Shown: one piece after another, positions 11,681 to 22,747 of the stretch
Layout of the letters: every line of letters begins with the position of its first letter
Numbering within the stretch: the first letter of the stretch is position 1
NCBI GenBank assembly: GCA_032718475.1
Contig: JAUCBJ010002135.1
Coordinates: forward strand, 1 to 36,111
Length of the DNA stretch: 36,111 bases
Direction of reading: 5' to 3'
DNA from: Nemertoderma westbladi
Lineage: Eukaryota > Animalia > Xenacoelomorpha
Notes under the pieces: model-generated
The model's input: the letters and a program-made list of their open reading frames with translations, nothing else
Told to the model about the DNA's origin: nothing
Database searches by the model: none
Made by a program: the position numbers and the translations under genes

Positions 11681-13775
11681 CAGTAGGGAACACATGCCCA
11701 AACAGGCAGTGCAGACTTTGCAAAATGCACTGCCATATTAGGCAGTTTTAGCCTAAATTTCTGATAAAATGTCAATTTTTATTAACTTCCTGCTTGAAGG
11801 GCCCCTTTTTTATTTCATGGGATGAAAATATAATATGTATTGCAAGGTAAATGGAAAATTTGGTAGACTTTCACAGTTGGGTTTTAGAGACATCAGACTT
11901 TGAGAATTGCTAGTCAAAAGCATGCACTGCCCGAAATAGCAGTGTTCTGCTTAATATAGCAGCATACTGTTTGAACTAGCAGTACAATGCTTAAAATGGC
12001 AGTGCAAAATCAGAAAATGCATTCAGCATATCAGCATTACATACAATTCAGCAATTCTGATGGAAACAATATATATATAAATAACCAATATTCAACAGAT
12101 TTTATAAATCAATTTTTCACAGTTTGAAACACCAGTAGACTGGGAGAGTTGGAAAAAGAAAGACCCGATCATATTTCTCCTGAATTTGTAAATAATATAG
12201 GCCTATCTGTATGTTGGTTTGTATTGTATTCTCTATATCCGTTACAATTGTCGAATGAATGACTTTGTATGTGTTTTAATCTACGTACTCCTATTGCCTA
12301 TTGTAAACATAAACGCTCATCTCAGTTTAAGCTTAATTTATACTATCACATCACAATATTAGCTTGTTAATTTTAATTTTTAATTTGTAATATTTTTATA
12401 TTGTAGATATTCAGTATTATGTTAGTTTTACTTGTGGCTTACTCTACATGTTTTACTATTGACGTTTTAACCTATCAGCCAGCTTATTGTACTTGTACAC
12501 AAAAACGTTAGTATCAAATTTTGCTTTAAAAAATATAAACTGTTGCAACAGGTGTTTGTGAGAATATATTATCTTTATCTTTATTATTATTTTTATTTAT
12601 GTTGGTTTTACCCATTCTGCCATTGCTCACTCTATATTTTACGTTTTCCATCTACTGTAAAACTAACATAATACTGTATCAATTTACAATTAATTGATAT
12701 ATATATATCAATTTTAGATTACTGGTCAGCCGGTAAGTCATACTGTATCAAAATTCTAGTATATTATATAAATTTTGTGTCTGAACGTGTAAATCTAAAT
12801 ATAGGACTATTTTTTAGTATCTACATTGGATTTAATTATTTCTTACTAATGATCTGATGACTTCTTATACAGTAATTTGTATTTTGTTAACAAATAATGC
12901 CTTATCAGTTAATCCTTAAAAAGTGCCTTATAAGAAATTTATTTCTACATCCATAAATTACTGAATTATTAAACAATAAATTAATCAAGGGGAGGTAAAT
13001 TTATGTACAGACCCCTTAAAGATATGACAGTTTTAAATATGATATATATTAGGCCTAATGACTTTATTACTAACTATTTACTATCAATAATTATCAGTTA
13101 CCATATCAATCAGTCAATAAACATAAATTTTATCATTAGCGAACCGTAACTGTTAATATTAACAAACTATAGGCCTATAGCTATAATACATATTGTTATA
13201 ATGGCCACATATATATTAATATTTTATACAGTACCGGTATAATAAATATATTAATAAATTACCTGTCATTGACTGTGTAAATTATTTAAAACCAGTTAAC
13301 TGAATAACTAACAAAAACAAAATATATAAATTGCTTTCAAAAGGATAGGCTTATATACTGTAGATAGAAAGATAGATAGACTGCTTAGCAGATACAGTAC
13401 AGACAGAGATAGATAAACTCTGAAGGACTGAAGGATGCCTGGCATTGCCAGGCTCTCCAGCTCTCCTACAGTCAGACAGAAGGAATTAATTCAATACCAT
13501 AACTGCCATTTTAGGCAGTGCATGTTTTTGACTTGCAATTTTAAATGTCAAATATCTCCAAAACCCAACCATGAAACTCTTACCACATTTTGTATTTACC
13601 TCCAATATATATCATATTTTCATCCAATGAAATAAAAATGGGGCCCTTCCAGCAGGAAGTTGATAAAAATTCACATTTTATCCGAAATTTAGGGTAAAAC
13701 TGCCTAATATGGCAGTGCATTTTTCAAAAATGGCAGTGCGTCTGTGCTGCCAATTCGGGCATGTGTTCCCTACTG
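11681..13775. mobile_element. Non-autonomous DNA transposon with CAG termini, ~270-bp imperfect TIRs and 5-bp TSD (hAT5-like, tentative family)
   Basis: CAGTAGGGAACACATGCCC at 11681 and GGGCATGTGTTCCCTACTG ending at 13775. TSD CTTTG at 11676-11680 and 13776-13780. Removing it restores the decamer pattern tgtgtctttgtttg. Confidence 0.85.
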
Positions 13776-16018
13776 CTTTGTTTGTTTTTGTGTGTTTTTG
13801 TTTGTTTTTGTGTGTCTTTGTTTGTTTTTGTGTGTCTTTGTTTGTTTTTGTGTGTTTTTGTGTGTTTTTGTTTGTTTTGTGTGTTTTTGTGTGAATGGGG
13901 TAGACGACTCGGAAAATTTTTTTCGAGTTTTCGTTGGTTTCATGTGAAAGAGCATGTGAAAAAACCCCAGAGAGCAATTTTACTTGAAAAAAAATAATAT
14001 TGGCCGAGTTATAGCGATTTTAAAACGCAAAATTCGCAACACCGAAAAATCAGGTCGTTTCAGAAAACTGCACTAGTGACGTCACTAGTGCAGCAGTAAA
14101 TGTTCATTGGTTACTATACAATATAAATCTCTTAGTAACTAAAATAAATAATGTAGCTAATATTTATTTGGTGTGTTTTTGTATTGTGTAAAGAATACAT
14201 TATTTGGCTACTGCTGTACTGGTCCAGTATGCGTACACCCCCCACCAATTTTTTTGTACTAGATAGTTTTTGATAATTTCTTTTTTTGATATGTTCTAGA
14301 ACTTATTAGCTATTTGTTTATAAAAAAATAATGTTCTAGAAAAAATATTTTTTATTCTGGAACATATTATTTGATATCTTTATGGCGGAAATTGATTCAT
14401 AACAAGTTAATTATTCCAGAAAAATAATTATTTATCCCAAACTATACAGTTGTTAGCTATAAAAATAAAACATACAGTATTTTGTAGCTAAAACTGCCAG
14501 GTGGTAGAAATTCAGTAGCATATTGATGTTTTATTCAGCTTCAAAACTTAGATTACTTTGGATTAGATTGTGGATTCGAACTTTTTCGATTGCAATTATT
14601 TGTATACAAGTTAAATTATTGAATTCCAAAAAGCATTGATAGAGTTATTCCATGTAGCTGTGTAAAAGCTTTTGTGGGATAACTGATACGTTTGCCTTTG
14701 CTGGCCAGTTCCCCCCCAGGCGCTGGAATACTCTAAAAAGGGTTTTCTAACTGTATATATATTCCCCTCGCCCGCAAGGTACCTTTACAGGTGTTTTAAC
14801 GGACATAAAAATCATTCTGCTATATACGTGTTTTAGCGGACATGGTAAGACAAAAAACTTGTAATGCACCAACCACCTTTCACAGCTTAGCCGTGATGAT
14901 TCATATTACGACATCTAGCAGCTGGTTGCTGACATGGAAACAGCCATTGGCCGCGTGGTTCTTTGTTTGGCTTGGGCCAATCAGGGCGGTTTTTCCTGTC
15001 GACGTGTAGCTTTTCTGCCGATCATAAGGAGAGTGTCCAGTCTTACTGTTTTTTCTTGATACTTTGTTGTTATTGCTGTCTAAGCCAGAAACACCGGCAT
15101 TTTTGGATAGATACTGCTGTACCGTAAACTGCTTGAATTATCGAAAGTATAAACTGTTACCGAACTAATTTAACTTGATAATCATACTCATTAACTAATC
15201 TTGATACTTTTGCATTAATCATATTGCTTGTACTGTTATTTTACCGTCAGTTATTAATTGTACCTATTTGTTGATGGAAATATTGCTATTTGGATAATAC
15301 GGATAAATCACCCAATTCCCAATTTTCTTGATAACACTACAGGTTAGAGAGACCGGCTATACATAACAATTGCGATTTATATTAATGTGGTGTGTATTGA
15401 ATCCAATGTTATTTAGCAGACCCTACGTGAGTCAATTACTGCTCTCTTTATGTGTGATCAAATGTACTGACTGGCGGCAGAATAGTGTGTATGATTGTGA
15501 TTGGTAACAAAGTATTTCCTAAAGAATACGTTTTATACTTTAATCATAAGCAGTATCGTTGCGTTTAGTATAAGTCCTAGCTCTGTTTAAATAGATAAAG
15601 CGCCACGTCCTAAAGGAACTGTTAATATTTCCCGAAAGCCAATAATATCTGTCAGAGATTAATTATTAGCGATCTATCGAATAATACATTAGGTATACAC
15701 TGCAACCTTACACTGTAATAATACAATTCAAGCATCCGAATTCAGTCTCCCGGGTGTAGATCCATCGGGTGAATGATCGCGCATGGGCTGATTTCGGCTA
15801 ATGTTTTGCGTATTAGCATAAATTATTGTCGTATGCTAAAGTGGTTTTAATTAACTAAAAGACATATAAAATTTGGCAGGTTAAACTGCTAAAGGTCTTC
15901 AAAGGCGCGAACAAGCTGTAATGGATGACGTCGTATCTTCAGCTGCCATCTCAATACAATCAGCATTAATCAGAATTTAGTTGAACTATAGGCCTAACTA
16001 CTGTATAATTTACATTTT

Positions 16019-16370
16019 TTAATTATCTATTTTTTCACAATTTTGGGAAATATATATTCCTTCCAGAAGCTACGACTACTTTTCAGTAAACTTTGCATGT
16101 ATATGGAATCATATGATACTTAACAACTATTTTCACTTCGCCATTTATTTCAAAAGATGGATCTGCGACGCTAAACAAGGCCAATTGTTTATTGCAAAGA
16201 AGCATTTGAAGTTGGATTTGTGACATGAATTTAGCGCTTACGATATTCGATTGTGTAAGATAAGATTTTTGAATGGCATGTTTTGATGTTGGACATTTTA
16301 CTTCTACCACATGCGTTGGTGTAATGGCATCTGAAATGGCATCAAAAAATAAGATTTTGTGGTATTTTAT
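16019..16370 (-). pseudogene. YqaJ / lambda-exonuclease-like (PD-(D/E)xK) domain fragment
   Basis: DAISDAI...VVEVKCP...QIQLQM...LFSVADPSFE, and after a frameshift FWKEYIFPKI. These match the SPDG / ExKCP / QxQxQ motifs of transposon-borne YqaJ proteins. Confidence 0.8.
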
Positions 16371-16765
16371 AAAAACACTAGCTACAATATTAAAACAGTA
16401 CATACCATTGAAAACACTAGCTATCACAAACATTTGTTTTTATTTTCTTTAAAACATTTTTTTTTTCACATGTAACTAGCCAAAATATGTCAAGAACATA
16501 AATCAATAGCCCAAAACATTATGTTTTGGTATTTTTTGGTATTTTGATATTTTTGGATGTCAAACCAAAAACAGCTATTATGAAAGGCAGGGATCTAGGG
16601 GTCTTAACCTCGAATGATAAGTTTTTATTTTACCGAAAATAACTTATCTTTTATTGGCGCAATTGTAGGACTAATCCCATCACATGTGTACTTTTTAACC
16701 GGGTAGTGTACAAATTTAGGAATCGCGTATTTTTTCTTGAAATTAATATCTCATATCTCTCCAAA

Positions 16766-16806
16766 CCACGTACGCGTTTCGACCTTACTGGGTCTCATCA
16801 GCGTGG
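16766..16806 (-). ncRNA. Type I hammerhead ribozyme (inverted copy)
   Basis: Exact reverse complement of the 17013-17053 motif. Confidence 0.85.
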
Positions 16807-16947
16807 TGTCGGATTCGAACCTGGGACCTCGAGGTGGAAGCCGAGACTACAACCACTAGGCCACAGGTCACATTGTTACTATCAATAATCAAAAATCAGG
16901 GGCTAATAAAATGGCAGCTGGCTTTGAAATTAATACTCCATATCTCA

Positions 16948-17012
16948 AGAACCTGTGGCCTAGTGGTTGTAGTCTCGGCTTCCACCTCGAGGTCCCAGGT
17001 TCGAATCCGACA
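16948..17012 (+). promoter_or_regulatory. tRNA-derived internal Pol III promoter (A box and B box), tRNA-Gly(TCC)-like; further copies at about 17360-17424 (plus) and 16807-16868 (minus)
   Basis: A box TGGCCTAGTGG at 16956-16966 and B box GGTTCGAATCC at 16998-17008 with tRNA spacing; anticodon-like loop CT-TCC-AC. There is no intact acceptor stem, so this is not a functional tRNA. Confidence 0.8.
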
Positions 17013-17053
17013 CCACGCTGATGAGACCCAGTAAGGTCGAAACGCGTACGTGG
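17013..17053 (+). ncRNA. Type I hammerhead ribozyme with minimal palindromic stem III
   Basis: CCACG-CTGATGA-GACC-CAGTAA-GGTC-GAAA-CGCG-TA-CGTGG: stem I CCACG/CGTGG, core CUGAUGA and GAAA, stem II GACC/GGTC. Predicted GUA cleavage after 17048. Confidence 0.9.
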
Positions 17054-17424
17054 TTTGGAGAGATATGAGATATTAATTTCAAGAAAAATTACGCGATTCC
17101 TAAATTTGTACACTACCCGGTTAAAAAGTACGCATGTGATGGGATTAGTCCTACAATTGCGCCAATAAAAGATAAGTTATTTTCGGTAAAATAAAAACTT
17201 ATCATTCGAGGTTAAGACCCCTAGATCCCTTCCTATAATAAATGTATAATAACAAACACCTCGAAAAATGCAGCTTGCCAACACATTGTTACTATCAATA
17301 ATAAAAAATCAGGGGCTAATAAATGGCAGCTGGCTTTGAAATTAATACTCCATATCTCAGGAACCTGTGGCCTAGTGGTTGTAGTATCGGCTTCTACCTC
17401 GAGGTCCCAGGTTCGAATCCGACA

Positions 17425-17465
17425 CCACGCTGATGAGATCCAGTAAGGTCGAAACACGTACGTGG
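17425..17465 (+). ncRNA. Type I hammerhead ribozyme (second direct copy)
   Basis: CCACG-CTGATGA-GATC-CAGTAA-GGTC-GAAA-CACG-TA-CGTGG. The stem II change keeps a U-G wobble pair. Predicted cleavage after 17460. Confidence 0.8.
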
Positions 17466-18289
17466 TTTTGAGAGATATAAGATATTAATTTCAAGAAAAT
17501 TACGCAATTCCTAAATTTGTACACTACCCGGTTAGAAATAGTACGCATGTGATGGGATTAGTCCTACAATTGCGCCAATAAAACATTCGAGGTTAAGACC
17601 CCTAGATCCCTTCCTATAATAAATGTATAATAACAAACACCTCGAAAAATACAGCTTGCCAATTGTTACTATCAATTATGAAAGGCAGAATAATGGTGAC
17701 ACGTGCAACACTAGTACCATTAACACTTTACAGTGAACTGACAAAAAATCTCAATAATTTCCATCTAGTGCTAATCTACCCATCCCGCATTGTTCGCTGT
17801 AAAAACAATTAAAAAATAGATTAATGAAACGCCTGGCAGTATTTAGCTAGCTATATTTATTTTTAGCTACACCTCTACGATACAGGTATGACCGAAATAA
17901 ATATTATTCTAGAATAATTAACTTGATATGAATAATTTGCCTCCATGCCGCTATCCTATAATCGATTCTTAACACAACACAAATACACATCCAAATAAAT
18001 ACATAGCTACATTCATTATTTGTTTTATTTTAGATACTGCAATATTATACTTTATATTAGCCAATCAACTGCGCTTGACAACTGTTGCTGTGTTATGGCT
18101 GACGTCACTCGTGCAGTTTTCTGAAACGGCCTGATTTTTCGATGTTGCTAATTTTGCGTTTTAAAATTGCTATAACTCGGCAAATATTAATTTTTTTGAA
18201 GTAAAATTGCTCTCTAGGGTTTTTTCACATGCTCTTTCACATGAAACCAACGAAAACTCGAAAAAAAATTTCCGAGTCGTCTACCCCAT

Positions 18290-18900
18290 TGTATGTTTTT
18301 GTGTGAATTGTATGTTTTTGTGTGTTTCTGTTTGTTTTTGTGTGTTTTTGTTTGTTTTTGTGTGTTTTGTTTCTTTATGTGTCTTTTGTTTGTTTTTGTG
18401 TGTTTTGTTTGCTTTTGTTTGTTTGTGTGTGTTTTTGTTTGTTTTTGTTTATTTGTGTTTGTTTTTGTGTTTTTGTTTGCTTTTGTTTGTTTGTGTGTGT
18501 TTTTGTTTATTTGTTTTCGTGTGTTTTTGTTTGTTTTTGTGTGTTTTTGTGTGTTTTCGTTTCTTTTTGTGTGTTTTGTATGTTTTTATTTGTTTTTGTG
18601 TGTTTTATTTGTTTTTGTGTGTTTTTGTGTGTTTTATTTGTTTTTGTTTGTTTTTGTGTGTTCTTGTGTGTTTTGTTTGTTTTTCTGTGTTTTGTATTGA
18701 CCCACTTCCCATTGATTTATCGACCTACTTTATCGGCCAATTTTACGAATATAATACTTATATTATATTTATATTATATTTATATTATATTTATATTATA
18801 TTTATATTATATTTATATTATATTATATTTATATTATATTATATTTATATTATATTATATTTATATTATATTATATTATATTTATATTATATTATACTAT
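18290..18900. repeat. Decamer (TGTGTTTTTG/TTTGTTTTTG) array followed by an (ATATT)n tract, left arm of the Foldback element
   Basis: Direct inspection; mirrored at 23385-24760. Confidence 0.95.
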
Positions 18901-19109
18901 ATAGAACTATCGCCTACCATGACCTATTATAAATACAACAGTAAGCTGCAGCAGCCCACTAAATTAGTGGGACGTTTGTACTTATAAACCGGTGGTCATT
19001 AGACCTACTCTTGGCCGCTGGCACTAAATTTGCTTAGTATTCTATAGAGATTCCAATAGAGATATTCTACGTATATTCTACTGTATAGAGATCTAGGACC
19101 ATCAGGACT

Positions 19110-19520
19110 CTGCCGCAACGACGGGGAGCGTGTAGACGGAGAGACACTTACTTGTGCCTTGGTCCCAGGGTTGACAGTGGTGTTTTACCCCCTTGCCCCT
19201 AGTCACTGCCAACAGACCCTAATTGCAGGGGGTCGTGCTGCAGGAGGAGCCGAGTAGGGGAAGAACATGACGTATGTAGAGGTGGTGGATCAGGGGCATA
19301 TATTCCACCCTTTTGCGTTCAAGACGCAAGACCCTCGGCCGCCCCGGTCCGGAGACATCCTCCAGGAGATCGGGTCCCATCTCCATACCGTGACGCATGA
19401 GCCACGCTCCCACAGGTCCCTACTTCAGCGCATCGTCGTGGCCATTCTGGTGGGCAATGCGGCGTCTGTCCTGGCACTGCCTGCCCATCCCCGGGTTGAC
19501 TCTTTGGGGATTAGTCTCTA
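19110..19520 (+). pseudogene. 3' fragment of an RLE-type (CRE-like) non-LTR retrotransposon, restriction-like endonuclease region
   Basis: Degenerate VPWSQG, F-PFAF-T, L-EIG--L--VT-EPRS---LLQR--VA---GNAASVL, matching the CRE-clade C-terminus. GC-rich island inside an AT-rich arm. Confidence 0.7.
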
Positions 19521-20593
19521 GTATTTATATCTTCTATGTTGACAAAGTTTGTGACAAATGTATGTTTTATAAACTCATGTATAAATTTATGACAATATTG
19601 TATTTTTTAATATACAGTATGAAAATATTAATATGTAAATATAAATACGATAATTACTCTTATCCATTGTTTGCCTCGTTGCGTTCGTCCTGTTTAGTCT
19701 TAAAGTATTATATTTGTAATATGTTAGCCACCGACGAGAATCGAAATTAATAATAATTAAAAATAGTGTATATTGCTCGACATACTCTACATATACTGTA
19801 TAAAGGGTACAGGCATTGATTCTAATTTGCGTCCAGTTCCCCCCCCCCCCCCCCCCCCCCCCCTGCCACGATCCAACAGGGACACCGACACAGGGTAGGA
19901 GACCAACCGTATTATCTACGAAGCTCTTTAGTGCACGTCGCAATCCACTGACAGCCTAGATTAAAGTCTTTATATCCCGGTGGGAATTAGAGTGTCGAAT
20001 AGAAATACATTTGATTTACTTGCTACGACCGGATGATCAATGGACCTCGGAATACGAGCTAAGAGTATGGATTGTCGGTGTCGCTCTCCTCAACGATTAC
20101 CAATATGGGACGCAAATTGTCAATTAGGGTGTCGTTTTAGCCTTCTCGTTGGGTCAATGTTAAATTAATATTGAACAATTAGTGTCTAGAAGTATAAATT
20201 TTACTGTAAACTGTGTTCCTAAATTTAGTTTATTGTTTTGGTTTGAAAAGCCTGCCATTATAACCTGCTACTTTCCTTTAAAAGGTACCTAAATTGTGAA
20301 TATCGAAATTAAAATATGTTAAAATAGGCTGAGACGACACCCCAATTGTTAATATGCATACGGGACATATTTGCTAATAATTGTAATCGTAATACTGTAG
20401 TTAGAGAAAATTCAACATACAGTAAAAATTATATTACATATTAAGAGACTCTTATTATTTTTGTTAAAGCCTTTGTGTCCTAAAATACGCATTTTATTCC
20501 CACTAAACTCTGTCCCCTACTCCACACGCCCCGCCGTGTCCGGTTCTGGTATACACCTAAAGTAATCAACCATTAAAAGCTATTTTTCAACAG

Positions 20594-21499
20594 AGCTTTT
20601 ATTGGTTGTTGACCAGCAACGAGCAACCGGGGACGGCACCACAGATAGTATTCGGGGAGACGATGCCCGAGAGGGGCGGAGAGATCGACGTAGACAGGGA
20701 GACCAACGTAGAGAAGTTCGCCTACCAGCGACTCCACAGACCGCGGAGATCGCTTGGGACGAAAGACGAGGTGGGACGGGAGACATTGGTACTCGGCTGC
20801 GACTACTGTGGGAGACAGACCCATCGGGAAAGCAGCTGCCTATACCGGTTCCAACAGGGAACCTTTTGTCTCTACTGCAGAGAACCAAGCCACAGGATGG
20901 GGGCGTGTCCACGGTTGCATAACCGATGTCCAAAGTGCCACTTTCGGGGACACTACGGACGCGAGTGCGACTGGATGAACGACGAGGAGAAGTTCACGAG
21001 ATTCGAGGAGTGGGCCGACGTCGGGGCCATGACGCGCCAGCGCATGAAGGCCCAGGAGTTCAAGTGGGGTTTCTTCCTTATCAATCAGGAGACTCACATG
21101 GAAATCATAAAGCGGAGGCTACCGTTTACCTACCAAGAGGTAGCAACGGCGGCGTCGTACGCTGGAGTGATGAACACGCAAAGGTATCTGGACAGGTGGA
21201 CGCCAGAGAACCGAAGGGAGTTTAGGGATTTCTTGGCGGAGCACGTACCAAAGGCAATGAAAATGATCCTATGGGACGCCACTAGAGGGAGACAACCGGG
21301 CCATTCTGAGGGGCCACCGGCGAAGCGATATCGGGCACTAATAACACCAGCGCCCAAGGAGCCAACGACCGGGATCAGCAAGGAAGTGGCGGCGAAGGTC
21401 CGAAAGCAGAAAGCGGATGATGCCAGAGGAACGGTGATAACCAAGAAACGACCCAGGGAAGAGGACGCCAGGGGGAACTACCCCCGGAGGAACAGATAG
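20594..21499 (+). CDS. Triple CCHC zinc-knuckle protein, probably retroelement-encoded; 5' end uncertain
   Basis: Three exact C-X2-C-X4-H-X4-C motifs: CDYCGRQTHRESSC, CLYCREPSHRMGAC, CPKCHFRGHYGREC. About 300 open GC-rich codons. In-frame acceptor-like tttttcaacag ends at 20593; first ATG at 20663. Confidence 0.7.
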   Translation, partial: SFYWLLTSNEQPGTAPQIVFGETMPERGGEIDVDRETNVEKFAYQRLHRPRRSLGTKDEVGRETLVLGCDYCGRQTHRESSCLYRFQQGTFCLYCREPSHRMGACPRLHNRCPKCHFRGHYGRECDWMNDEEKFTRFEEWADVGAMTRQRMKAQEFKWGFFLINQETHMEIIKRRLPFTYQEVATAASYAGVMNTQRYLDRWTPENRREFRDFLAEHVPKAMKMILWDATRGRQPGHSEGPPAKRYRALITPAPKEPTTGISKEVAAKVRKQKADDARGTVITKKRPREEDARGNYPRRNR

Positions 21500-22208
21500 G
21501 TTCCCAGAGTCGAGGGAGAGAGACTGGGACTTGGACGTGGTACGCCTGGTAGGCGCCGCGTGGGATGTACGAACTATTAAGTACAAATTCAATTAATGCA
21601 AAATAATCATATAAGTGCAATTTGTATGTACGTACGTAGTAATTAGTAATCTAGAAATATATACGTTCGGAGTAAGTACTATAGTCATACAACCTTTCTC
21701 AATTAGCTACTGGGACTGGGGGATAACTGACTATGGCACTATGGACGAGACACCAGACAATTTCACACTTCTTGAGTGCGACGGCACGAGAGGGGGGGGA
21801 GATTCGTCAGAAGGGAAGAGACAGTCGAAGTGAGGTTGAGGGACGGAATAATAGTGCGGAGTGCGGAGAGAGTGCGGACGCAATTCTAGTGTGGGGGGGG
21901 GAGAATAAGAGGCTGAGTGAGGGACGAGGAGGTCCGAGTGTGAGAGAGTTAGGGTGAGAGTGAAGAAGAGATAGGGCGGAAGTGTTGGGGAAACAAAAGT
22001 TGCGTGAGAGGTGAGCGCGATCGGCCCGACATGAGACGCCAGGCACACAGGGTAGCGTTATCATACCCATAGGGGGCGGCCTGGAAAGCCGACTCCGAGA
22101 GAAAAGAATTCCACCCCACACCCGATACTAGATCGGGATCCAGCGGGATTGTAGCGCACTTTTTTGGTTGATGCTATCTTCTTACCGGGAAGATAGCATG
22201 GGGGGGAG

Positions 22209-22747
22209 TGTTAGCTTATTCAATCCCGCTAACACCCCATAAAGTTATAAGCCGATAAGCAATATTGGGAGCCACGAGATTGGATAATTAACCAACTCGT
22301 GCCATCCCAATAAGAGTGGGAAGGAAGCACACAATAGAGGGTCAGGGGCCAAACCCCTAACCCAGAGAGAATAGGTGGAGTGAACGGGAACACTCCAAAG
22401 GGCGCCAACAAGGGTATCAACCAATCAGAGGGGGGCAAGGCATCGATTAGGTAGTAATCAGGCCAACCGTGCAATATAACCAGTAACCCAGTAATCAGTA
22501 CATTCAGTTATCTCAGTGCAGTACCGGTGCTAGCTTAGGTTAATTAGTTTTAGATAGGGGAGCACCGGGACTTTTAGTTACCGTATCCCGCCTTCCATAT
22601 ACTATACATACTATATCTATATCTTATACCTCATATTATTATACACCGAACATCAGAACTCATTGAACTTCATTCACTCTTTATACACGGCGGGGACGCG
22701 TGAACTAAATACCGGATAAATCGGGATCCCTCCTGGATCCCGTCACA
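22209..22747 (+). mobile_element. Probable 3' LTR (TGT...ACA, 539 bp) preceded by a polypurine tract
   Basis: GGGGGGGAG at 22200-22208 directly precedes TGTTAG. The segment ends GTCACA exactly where the Foldback right arm begins. A hairpin atgctatcttc/gaagatagcat lies just before the tract. No second LTR is present. Confidence 0.5.

Larger units (their letters stand above)
16591..17674 (+). mobile_element. Retroposed non-coding element (retrozyme / Penelope pLTR-like): inverted partial unit, two tandem ~412-bp units and a short tail
   Basis: 14-bp TSD ATTATGAAAGGCAG at 16577-16590 and 17675-17688. 16591-16868 is the reverse complement of 16951-17228. Direct units are 16869-17281 and 17282-~17661 (the second has an internal deletion). 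Each unit has a tRNA-like head and a hammerhead core. Confidence 0.88.
13897..18287. mobile_element. ISL2EU-like (PIF/Harbinger-related) deletion derivative
   Basis: TIR GGGGTAGACGACTCGGAAA..., about 190 bp well matched and more degenerate further in. 2-bp AT TSD at 13895-13896 and 18288-18289; removal restores gtgaattgtatg, which is seen elsewhere in the array. It contains a YqaJ exonuclease remnant. No transposase ORF was seen. Confidence 0.75.

Noticed and set aside
14860-15341. Possible solo LTR (TGTAATG...CACTACA with a CCAAT box)
   Set aside because: No TSD (aaact vs ggtta), no second copy and no clear PBS or PPT, so support is insufficient.
16948-17020. Functional tRNA-Gly gene
   Set aside because: A and B boxes are present, but the acceptor stem does not pair and the 3' end is replaced by the hammerhead stem.
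18207-18987. Long F/V/C/L-rich ORFs, also at 13678-13997 and 23382-24757
   Set aside because: They are translations of the stop-free TG-rich decamer satellite, open in several frames at once.
20093-20390. Small degenerate inverted repeat (about 20112-20143 vs 20326-20357)
   Set aside because: Probably an old MITE, but its ends and TSD cannot be defined.
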